A stretch of 64,000 bases of DNA from Candidatus Poribacteria bacterium (GTDB lineage: Bacteria; Poribacteria; WGA-4E; WGA-3G), in assembly GCA_963667805.1 (NCBI GenBank), contig OY764016.1, positions 4,458,998 to 4,522,997 of the forward strand, written 5' to 3'. The notes beneath the pieces are model-generated. The model ran no database searches and was not told the origin of the DNA. It saw only the letters and a program-made list of their open reading frames with translations. Numbering within the stretch: the first letter of the stretch is position 1; each line of letters starts with the position of its first letter. Positions 25,708 to 33,770 of this stretch are shown here, piece by piece. A program made the position numbers and the translations under genes.

Positions 25708-27780
25708 CTATTCTTCCTCTTCGGTTTTCGATGCAGTGATGACCTTCTGCGCAACGTCATCGGGTGTGATCTCGTAATGCGAGAACTCCATGATGAAGGT
25801 GCCACGCGCACTCGTCATCGACTTGAGATCGATCGAATACCGGAGCATCTCCGAAAGCGGGACGTTTGCTTGAATGACCTGCTTCTTTCCCATCTGTTCA
25901 ACACCCATTACCTGTCCACGCCGTCCGTTCAAATCGCCGATAATGCTGCCCATAAACTGTTCAGGCACCGTAATCGCGACGCTCATGACCGGTTCAAGCA
26001 AACATGGATCGGCTTCTTCGGCGGCAGCAGAAAAGGCGATAGAACCAGCGATCTGGAACGCCATATCCGAAGAATCGACTGGGTGATACTTTCCATCATA
26101 GAGGTCAATTTGGATATCGACGATTGGGAAGCCTGCCATCAAACCTCTGTCCATTCTCTCACGGATGCCTTTTTCGACAGCCGGAATATAGTTGCGCGGG
26201 ATCGCGCCGCCGACGATATTGTTAACAAACTCAAAACCATCACCGCGTTGCAAAGGGGCAAGATTAATCGTGACATCGCCGAACTGCCCTCTGCCACCGG
26301 ATTGACGTTTATGTCTACCTTGGATGCCTTGGACTCGCCTACGAATTGTTTCCCGATACGGCACTTTTGGCGGTGAGAGTTCCGTTTCGACGCCGAATTT
26401 ATCTGCCATTCGTTCCCGATTAATGTTAATGTGCAGGTCTCCAAGCCCGGAGATGAGAAGTTGTTTCGTAACTTCGTTCCGCTCAATCCTAAACGTCGGA
26501 TCTTCTTCGGACATCCGAGTGAGTGAGGTCATCAACTTTTCGTCGTCGCCTTCGCGCGTCGGGTGGATGGCGTAGGAGATAACGGAGTTTGGGAAATCAA
26601 CACCTGAAAGTTGAAAGGAGGCATCTCTGTCGCAGAGCGTGTCCCCGGTCTGGGTCGCAGCGAGTTTCGTGAGTGCGCCAATGTCGCCTGCTTCTACCTG
26701 TGGTGTGCTGATCGCCTCGTTACCGTTCATAAACGCTGTTTTTCCGAGGCGTTCAATTTGTCCTCGCGTTGAATTACTGACCTGAGTATCCCCTTGTAAT
26801 GTGCCGGAGTAGACCCGGAAGAAGCTCAATTGTCCTGCAAACGGGTCGGCAATCGTTTTGAAGACAAGAGCGGACATCGGGGCATCCAATGATGGTTCGC
26901 GACTGTCCTCTTCATTCTCTGCAGATGTAACTGCGCCTACGTCGACCGGAGATGGACAGCCAGTTAACAGTGCATCCATCAATTGTTGCACGCCGATATT
27001 GTTCAAGGCAGCACCGCAAAGCACAGGGGTAAACTGGTTCTCGAAAATCCCAAGTTGCAAACCATTCTGAATCTCTTCGTCCGATAGCTCACCTTCAAAA
27101 AACTTCTCAATGAGTTCATCGTCGCTTTCTGCGGCGACTTCGACCAGTGCTTCGCGAGTTTCTTCAACCTCTGTCTCCAAGTCTGCGGGTATTTCGGCTT
27201 TTGCAGCGCGCTTGCTTCCATCGGGTTGCAAATAAGCCGCCATCTGTATGACGTCGACGACACCGGCAAACTGGTCCTCTTTACCGATTGGGAGTTGAAT
27301 AGAGACCGCCCGAGTCTCTAAAATTTCTTCAACACTTGCGAGTGCATCTTCAAAACTGGCGTTCTCTTTATCCATTTTATTGATAAAGATGAGGCGTGGC
27401 AATTCGTATTTGTCCGCGACCTCCCACACCTTTTCGGTTCCACCTTCGACACCGGTTGTTGCATCCACGACGACGACAACAGCGTCAACGACTCGGAGGA
27501 CACTATGCAGGTCGCCATAAAAATCTTCTGCACCCGGGGTATCAATCAGATTTAGTTTATGTCCTTCCCATTCTGCGATACAGACTGAACAGTTGAGAGT
27601 CGTTTTGCGTTCAATCTCGTCAGCGGCATAGTCAGCTACAGAATTTCCGCTATCGACAGCCCCCATTCGCTCAATGGCACCCCCGTTGTAAAGCATGGCT
27701 TCAACGAGTGATGTTTTGCCGGCTCCTGAATGCGCGATAATTGCAATGTTTCGGATCTGGTCTGTTCTGTATTGTTTCAT
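25708..27780 (-). CDS. elongation factor G family GTPase (EF-G paralogue, not in a str-operon context)
   Basis: The G-domain is IAIIAHSGAGKTSLVEAML, DTPGAEDF, NKMD. Full-length five-domain EF-G. The start is at the ATG at 27780 (MKQYRTDQIRN), preceded by AAGGAG. Confidence 0.85.
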   Translation of the reverse strand: MKQYRTDQIRNIAIIAHSGAGKTSLVEAMLYNGGAIERMGAVDSGNSVADYAADEIERKTTLNCSVCIAEWEGHKLNLIDTPGAEDFYGDLHSVLRVVDAVVVVVDATTGVEGGTEKVWEVADKYELPRLIFINKMDKENASFEDALASVEEILETRAVSIQLPIGKEDQFAGVVDVIQMAAYLQPDGSKRAAKAEIPADLETEVEETREALVEVAAESDDELIEKFFEGELSDEEIQNGLQLGIFENQFTPVLCGAALNNIGVQQLMDALLTGCPSPVDVGAVTSAENEEDSREPSLDAPMSALVFKTIADPFAGQLSFFRVYSGTLQGDTQVSNSTRGQIERLGKTAFMNGNEAISTPQVEAGDIGALTKLAATQTGDTLCDRDASFQLSGVDFPNSVISYAIHPTREGDDEKLMTSLTRMSEEDPTFRIERNEVTKQLLISGLGDLHININRERMADKFGVETELSPPKVPYRETIRRRVQGIQGRHKRQSGGRGQFGDVTINLAPLQRGDGFEFVNNIVGGAIPRNYIPAVEKGIRERMDRGLMAGFPIVDIQIDLYDGKYHPVDSSDMAFQIAGSIAFSAAAEEADPCLLEPVMSVAITVPEQFMGSIIGDLNGRRGQVMGVEQMGKKQVIQANVPLSEMLRYSIDLKSMTSARGTFIMEFSHYEITPDDVAQKVITASKTEEEE

Positions 27781-28095
27781 ACGTCCAAAATTTTCTCCTT
27801 TTACTATTAGCCACACGGAATAGAGCGAGCTACGCCGTTTAAAACTAAATCCTAACACAATATGGCAAAAATGTCAAGAAATTTTTTAATTTTCCTTGCG
27901 GAGGAACAATGAGCGTTAAGACTATAACGTGCGTTCCTTAGATCCGCCTGCGTGTTTTTGATAGGGTATTTCTGTGTATTGTTGCAGGCTCACATTTTTG
28001 ACACTATGTCTGATCAAGCAATGGATGCTTCCAAACTACCTCAAGCAAAAACGCCTAACATAACGTGTCGGATTTAAGGTATAATTAATTCAATT

Positions 28096-28131
28096 GTCAA
28101 AATCTCTGTTGTGGGAGGGGTTTGTAACCCC
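28096..28131. repeat. solitary REP family-B copy
   Basis: ctgttgtgggaggggtttgtaaccccgatttatgc. Confidence 0.7.
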
Positions 28132-28235
28132 GATTTATGCGGCCAGAGGCATTCAATTATCACAAATCTCGGCTCTGGAGAAATGAACTGCAAAGTTCAA
28201 ACTTCCGTGCCTTATCCGCAAGGTAAATTAAAAAT

Positions 28236-28604
28236 ATGCAAAATCTTTTCTTCGCATTGGGTTCAGGTTTAAGTCTGTTGGGTGTCGTTTTTGGAGCGTT
28301 TGGAGCACATGCGTTGCGATCAAAACTCTCACCAGAGATGCTTGAGACGTTTGAAGTCGCAGTTCGCTATCAGATGTATCACAGTCTCGGACTGATTGCT
28401 GCGGCGTGGGCGGTATCACAGTGGCAGAACCAACTCACGGCTGCATCGGGATGGTGTTTTTTGGCAGGTATCCTGATTTTTTCGGGAAGCCTTTATGTGC
28501 TGAGTCTCACAGGCATTCGGTGGCTCGGCGCAATTACACCCATCGGTGGGTTGGCATTTATCGTGGGGTGGGGATGTCTGACACTCGCTGCGATTCGCGC
28601 GTAA
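28236..28604 (+). CDS. DUF423 family membrane protein
   Basis: GAFGAHAL and a four-TM 122-aa architecture are typical of DUF423/YgdD. Confidence 0.6.
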   Translation: MQNLFFALGSGLSLLGVVFGAFGAHALRSKLSPEMLETFEVAVRYQMYHSLGLIAAAWAVSQWQNQLTAASGWCFLAGILIFSGSLYVLSLTGIRWLGAITPIGGLAFIVGWGCLTLAAIRA

Positions 28605-28770
28605 AGCGTCTGTGTTTTAGTCTGTTTGGGGTTGACAGTTGTGACATATTGGTGTAAAATAAAGGGAACGAAAAGAGCGTGACCGATCCACTTTGTGACG
28701 ACCGCGAGCGTCCTTAACTCGAAAAATGAAATATTCGATGCTCCGGCTATAAATCTAAGGAGAATCTTTC

Positions 28771-29445
28771 ATGAGAAAGCTGAATATCCAATGGGTTTAC
28801 GCGTGCATTTGCTTGTGCCTGATGCTGATTGGGCACACCGCACAGGCGATTCGTTATGAGTTTGATAGTGACAAAGAGATTGCGGATTGGGAATTGGGAC
28901 CGCAGGCAACCGCGGAGGTGAAAGACGGTATGCTTGAGCTTACCGTTGCCGGTGGACAGAATTCAGGTATCTACTTTGGGGAAGAAAACTGGACGGATTA
29001 CCGAATGGAAGTCAAGGCACGAAAAATTAATGGACCCTATTTCCATCTGTTCGTTCGGACGCAGGAACCCGCTGTAGATTTCTATTTCATGGAAATCAGT
29101 TACAACTCGCATACAACTTCGGTTTTCATGTTTAGCGGTGGAGCCGCGAATGAGATTACCGGTGGTCCGCGCCCACAACGTCCCGATTCAAAGGATACAA
29201 AAGGCGGCGATGCGTATACCATCGTCTTTGAAGTAGAAGGGCTAACCCTCAGGACCTACATTGATGGAAAACTGATGGTTGAAACCGAGGATAAAACCTA
29301 CGATAAAGGGCGTCCCGGTTTAGGTGGCAGGGATTCAACCGTTGCGTATGAATATGTTGAGATTAATGGTGAGGGCGTCCCGCCAACGGCAGTTGAACCT
29401 GCGGACAAATTAGCTACGTTGTGGGGTGAATTAAAAAGTAAATAA
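28771..29445 (+). CDS. secreted DUF1080/LamG-like jelly-roll domain protein with C-terminal KLATLWGELKSK tag
   Basis: Signal peptide MRKLNIQWVYACICLCLMLIGHTAQA. DGMLELT..GGQNSGIYFGEENWTDYRMEVKARK fits the DUF1080 (3-keto-disaccharide-hydrolase-like) pattern. Confidence 0.5.
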   Translation: MRKLNIQWVYACICLCLMLIGHTAQAIRYEFDSDKEIADWELGPQATAEVKDGMLELTVAGGQNSGIYFGEENWTDYRMEVKARKINGPYFHLFVRTQEPAVDFYFMEISYNSHTTSVFMFSGGAANEITGGPRPQRPDSKDTKGGDAYTIVFEVEGLTLRTYIDGKLMVETEDKTYDKGRPGLGGRDSTVAYEYVEINGEGVPPTAVEPADKLATLWGELKSK

Positions 29446-29493
29446 ACGTGAGGCGGGTCGGCGTGCCCGCCTACAATATATAGGAGGACAACA

Positions 29494-30342
29494 GTGAAAA
29501 GACTGGCTATTCTTTTTCTCACGGTTTTAATTTCTACGCAGGTTGAAGCCAATTACAATTTTGCGCTTCACACCGATTCACACCCTTGGGCGCGTGAAGA
29601 CCCAAAAGGGGCTCAAGAGGAAATTGATGCCTTGATTAAGATTATTGATAACAAGGTAAACCTGACGGCTTTTGATCCCAAGGATATTAACGGATTAGGA
29701 GAGTGGGTCAAGGCACACACAGCAGGGGGTGGGAATACCCTGATTCTGACCGGTATCACGCCTTCAACGATTTATCCGATCAATAACGGAAAACCTGATG
29801 GCTCGCCGCTTGAAGAGTTCCTTGATGCTGGCAACACGATTTTCAATACGGGTGAATACACCTTTTACACATCGGAAGGCCCCGATGAAACGAACGGACA
29901 AGCTGCACTACCCAATGTCATTGACGTTCCAAAAGCGTTCGTGTGGATGAATAGAGGTCCAGACGCTTGGGCAGCCAATCCCGTTGAAATGACCCCGACA
30001 CAGGAAGGTAAAGACCTTATACCGAGCCTGAAAAAGTATAATACGTCTTATCCGTTCCATCTTGATGATTACGACAGAAGCCCCTGGGAGTTAGAGATCG
30101 CGCTTGCTGAGAATGATGATGCAGATCCGCGGGTTGACCCGGCTGTGCTATATAACAAAGACACCGGTGGCCGCCTCGGGATCTTCGTCCAGACCTATGT
30201 GGGGGATGTGCCGCATCCGGGTGTCTCATGGGGCAATATTATGGGTGAATTCATCGTTAACTATTACCTACCAGAGGTTTTATCGGTTGAACCGATCGAT
30301 AAATTAACGACAACTTGGGGAAAACTGAAATCCTCAAAATAG
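29494..30342 (+). CDS. secreted hypothetical protein with C-terminal KLTTTWGKLKSSK tag
   Basis: Signal peptide MKRLAILFLTVLISTQVEA. No recognisable catalytic domain. Confidence 0.5.
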   Translation: MKRLAILFLTVLISTQVEANYNFALHTDSHPWAREDPKGAQEEIDALIKIIDNKVNLTAFDPKDINGLGEWVKAHTAGGGNTLILTGITPSTIYPINNGKPDGSPLEEFLDAGNTIFNTGEYTFYTSEGPDETNGQAALPNVIDVPKAFVWMNRGPDAWAANPVEMTPTQEGKDLIPSLKKYNTSYPFHLDDYDRSPWELEIALAENDDADPRVDPAVLYNKDTGGRLGIFVQTYVGDVPHPGVSWGNIMGEFIVNYYLPEVLSVEPIDKLTTTWGKLKSSK

Positions 30343-30422
30343 CCATTAGATAATTGGAGGAAAAGTGTGAGGGTGGCACTACAGATGCGCATGTCTGTGT
30401 GCCGCTTTCACACGCAATAAGG

Positions 30423-31193
30423 ATGAAAAAATTAACATATCTTTTAGCGGTTGTGGCGTTCCTAATGAGTTGTGTACTCGCGCATGCAGTCGATCCAGAT
30501 AAGGATTTACTTATCTATCTACCTTTTGATGAAGGTCAAGGTAACAAAGCGGAAGATGTTGGGCCGAATGGATTCGTGGGTGATATAAAGAACGCAAAAT
30601 GGGTAGAGGGTGTCTCAGGTCAGGCACTCCAATTTAAGGGGGGGAGTGTCAACTTCGACCCACTCAAAATTGATCAACCCAAGGAAATGACGATCGAATT
30701 CTGGTTTAAACCGGACGAGAAAATTGACAGTGGTGCCCGAATTGATCTGCTCTATCGTTTGCAAGGTGGTGGACGACCTCATGTTACGTTCAACCGTGGT
30801 GGCATTTTATTCGGGTACTACTTTGCGACGCAAGGTGTGGAATTACCGATACACACGACTTATGATGCGTTTGAATCGGAATGGTATTACTTCGTTGGGA
30901 CACAGAGCAAACAGACGGGATGGATGTATATTAACGGGGAGCTTGATGCTGAGACGGATGCCGGTGGTGATGCCCGCATGGATTTCGGTACCCAAGGGAT
31001 GTGCATCGCAGCGAGTCAGGGCAACGCTAACTTCTTCAACGGCATGATTGACGAATTTAAGATGTGGAGTGTCGCCTTCACTGCTGATGATGTTAAAGAT
31101 AGTATGGAAAAAACCCTTGCTGTGCAAGCGGAGGGTAAGTTGACCACGACGTGGGGTAAAATTAAGTCTGGTTCTGATGGAATCAGGTTTTAA
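30423..31193 (+). CDS. secreted concanavalin-A-like lectin/LamG_3 domain protein with C-terminal KLTTTWGKIKSGSDGIRF tag
   Basis: Start at the ATG at 30423 (MKKLTYLLAVVAFLMSCVLAHA, AAGGA SD) rather than the track start. GQALQFKGGSVNFDPL...TIEFWFKP...WYYFVGTQ...MYINGEL...IDEFKMWSVAFTADDV matches the LamG_3 pattern. Confidence 0.55.
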   Translation: MKKLTYLLAVVAFLMSCVLAHAVDPDKDLLIYLPFDEGQGNKAEDVGPNGFVGDIKNAKWVEGVSGQALQFKGGSVNFDPLKIDQPKEMTIEFWFKPDEKIDSGARIDLLYRLQGGGRPHVTFNRGGILFGYYFATQGVELPIHTTYDAFESEWYYFVGTQSKQTGWMYINGELDAETDAGGDARMDFGTQGMCIAASQGNANFFNGMIDEFKMWSVAFTADDVKDSMEKTLAVQAEGKLTTTWGKIKSGSDGIRF

Positions 31194-31211
31194 GCGTCTT
31201 ACCTAACACGC

Positions 31212-33770
31212 CTACCGAATCACTGAAATATGGAGCGGACGGGTTGCTGAGCGACCCTCCGCATCCACGCACGTTAGCACATGTTTTCCCCTGGCAGGCG
31301 TAAGCCAGTATTGCTCTCCCGCATTTCCTTGAAAAATTAACTCACCATCCAAAAACCAGAACAGTTCCTGCGTCCGACTGGAAGCCGAGGCGGTCAACCG
31401 AATCTTTTGGTTTTCCAGTGGCACCCCCTCCCGAATGTAATAGGTAGTGTCTTCTGCTGGGGATAAAATAATCGGGACGTTCCCTGCAATTGTGCCGGTA
31501 CACAAGGGATTATGCGCCGGTAGGACAGACACAGCAAAACCATTCTCTGCCAACCACGTCGCCGCATCGGCGGGCCACTCCTCAAATATTTTTTTATAGG
31601 GTCCAGTTGACCCATCATTATTTCCCCAACAATGGGAACAGAGACTGTATCCTGTCGATTCGTCAACATAGATAGGTTTATGAATCGCGCAAACCGCTAC
31701 AGACGAAACACCGGGTATATACACGTCCTCCTTATGGGTGGGACAGTGCGGCGAAACCGGTGCGCCACTCAGGGTACACACTTGTCGTGTTTTCAATTGT
31801 TCTGGTTTGGTAAACCAGTGGTGTGTGTCTTGTCCTGTCAAGGCAGTGAAGAGCGCGAATAGGATCGGAGTTGCTGCATCTGTGCCGCTCAGCATGGGTG
31901 TCCCCTTTCCATCGAAATTACCGAGCCATACACCGATTGTGAAAGTCGGGGAGTACCCGATGCACCATGCATCTCGGTGTCCATAAGACGTCCCAGTCTT
32001 CCACGCAATCTTTGGTAGGTTCATTGTCCTTTCAAACGCTTCTGGATTTTTAACCGTGTTGGTAGGGAGTTGTGAGTTTGTTAACATCTCGGTTATGATG
32101 AAGCTGGTCTCTTGTCGGAGTAAACGTTTGGAATAGTTTTCAGTTTTCGGTTGATGAGGCTTTGTCAATTGATAAGGTCCAAATTCTCCCATATTTGCCA
32201 GTCCAGCGTAAAGTGTTGTCAATTCGAGTAGATTCACTTCGCATCCGCCGAGAACCATAGAGAGTCCGTATTTCTGGGCAGGCGCGAGTGTAGAGATACC
32301 GGCTTTTTTGAGGAAGGCGTGTAGTGTCCTATTTTTCAAGCGTGCATTAAGATTAACGGCGGGGACATTGAGAGAACGTGCGAGGGCTTGACGGGCAGTG
32401 ACATAACCGTTATATTTCCCATCATAGTTCACCGGTGTATAGTCAGCATAGGTAACGGGGACATCGAATAACAGTGTTTCGGGTGTAATCAAGCCCTCTT
32501 CCATTGCCAGGGCATAGACGAAGGGTTTGAGTGCAGAACCCGGAGAACGCGGGGCGAGCGTCCCATTTATTTGTCCTAATGCCTTCCGGTCGAAAAAGTC
32601 GTGGGAACCTACCATTGCTAAGATATGGCGGTTTTGGGTATCCATGACGATGATTGCGCCTGTGCTGGTGCTATGAGACCCGCGCAAACTCGGCTTACGC
32701 GCTGCGTCCACCAGATATTCGTTAAGGATGCGTGTCGCGATATCCTGAACCTTGGCGTCTATTGTCGTGTGTATCCTGCCATTTGTTATCCGTGAGTGGG
32801 AGGGGTTTCTAACCCCGGATTTCTTCCGGTTTTCTTTAATCAATAGGCGTGAGAGGTGTGGTGCTTTAAATGGAAGTGAATAGCGTTTATGCGGAATCGG
32901 TTCTTGGACTGCCTCCTGCCACTGCTGTTCGGAAATTTGTCGGCGTGCCAGGAGACGATTCAGGACTTTTTCGCGTGCCTTTCGGGCGTTTTCTGGGAAC
33001 CTGTCAGGGCGTAAACGTTCTGGAGCGTTCGGAATGGCGGCGAGAAGTGCGGCTTCCCCAAGACTAAGCGTATGCTGGGGTTTGTTGAAGTAGAACCGCG
33101 AGGCTGCCGCTGTTCCGACTATATTCCCACCATACGGGAGCATGTTAAAATAAAACGTTAAAATCTCTGATTTGGAATAAGCGTGTTCAAGTTGAAAGGC
33201 ACGGAACATCTCAATGAATTTGTTCGGAATGTTACGCGCCTTAGGTTCCATCAATCGGGCGAGTTGCATGGTGATGGTTGAACCCCCGCGGACAACTTCA
33301 CCCGCTTTCAAATTGTCATAGATGGCTGTTGCAATCGATACAGGATTGATACCGTAATGATAGTAGAACCACCTATCTTCTGATGTGAGTATTGCTTGGT
33401 GGAGTAAGGGGGAATAGGTATCGGGTGTTCCGTTTGTCTCGTGGTGAGAATCTTGGGTTAAGGAGGGGACTGATTTATTGAAGATCTGTTGTGATTGATG
33501 ACTAAATCGCCACATGCCATCGTCGGCTAAAAATGCTCGAAGCCACTCGCCGTTTCTGTCCAACACAATCTGAGATACAGGGGGATGGAGACGTGCTTTG
33601 GGTAGCGGGAAACACCAGTTTGCGAGCATAAAGAGGATGACAATCAACAAGAAAGATAGCATTACAGTCATCAGTCCTCCGAAGAGGGGGTGTCGGTTAT
33701 AAGAGGGGCTTGTTAGACGAAGACCTCTTAACTGAAAATTGAAAACTGAAAACTGAAAACTATTCATCAT
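31212..33770 (-). CDS. pbpC: penicillin-binding protein 1C (PbpC-type bifunctional transglycosylase/transpeptidase)
   Basis: GT51 motifs are EDRWFYYHYGINP, GGSTITMQLARL and KSEILTFYFNMLPYGGNIVG. A transpeptidase domain and the PBP1C C-terminal domain follow. Its start overlaps the upstream A2M gene stop by 4 nt (ATGA). Confidence 0.8.
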   Translation of the reverse strand: MMNSFQFSVFNFQLRGLRLTSPSYNRHPLFGGLMTVMLSFLLIVILFMLANWCFPLPKARLHPPVSQIVLDRNGEWLRAFLADDGMWRFSHQSQQIFNKSVPSLTQDSHHETNGTPDTYSPLLHQAILTSEDRWFYYHYGINPVSIATAIYDNLKAGEVVRGGSTITMQLARLMEPKARNIPNKFIEMFRAFQLEHAYSKSEILTFYFNMLPYGGNIVGTAAASRFYFNKPQHTLSLGEAALLAAIPNAPERLRPDRFPENARKAREKVLNRLLARRQISEQQWQEAVQEPIPHKRYSLPFKAPHLSRLLIKENRKKSGVRNPSHSRITNGRIHTTIDAKVQDIATRILNEYLVDAARKPSLRGSHSTSTGAIIVMDTQNRHILAMVGSHDFFDRKALGQINGTLAPRSPGSALKPFVYALAMEEGLITPETLLFDVPVTYADYTPVNYDGKYNGYVTARQALARSLNVPAVNLNARLKNRTLHAFLKKAGISTLAPAQKYGLSMVLGGCEVNLLELTTLYAGLANMGEFGPYQLTKPHQPKTENYSKRLLRQETSFIITEMLTNSQLPTNTVKNPEAFERTMNLPKIAWKTGTSYGHRDAWCIGYSPTFTIGVWLGNFDGKGTPMLSGTDAATPILFALFTALTGQDTHHWFTKPEQLKTRQVCTLSGAPVSPHCPTHKEDVYIPGVSSVAVCAIHKPIYVDESTGYSLCSHCWGNNDGSTGPYKKIFEEWPADAATWLAENGFAVSVLPAHNPLCTGTIAGNVPIILSPAEDTTYYIREGVPLENQKIRLTASASSRTQELFWFLDGELIFQGNAGEQYWLTPARGKHVLTCVDAEGRSATRPLHISVIR
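32795..32828. repeat. REP family-B copy embedded in frame inside pbpC (encodes KSGVRNPSH)
   Basis: gtgggaggggtttctaaccccggatttcttcc lies within the open reading frame, in the TG-TP linker region. Confidence 0.6.

Noticed and set aside
25627-26376. 249-aa + strand ORF, and several other 60-120-aa ORFs antisense to EF-G, A2M, pbpC and the 15982-20049 gene
   Set aside because: They lie antisense within long, strongly supported genes and have low-complexity or biased composition, as expected for shadow ORFs in GC-moderate DNA.
27858-28236. 380-bp non-coding gap inspected for tRNA or small RNA genes
   Set aside because: No cloverleaf-compatible sequence (conserved T-loop GTTCRANYC or acceptor pairing) could be recognised by eye, and only a solitary REP copy is present. 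A tRNAscan/Infernal run would be needed to exclude RNA genes in this and the other gaps.
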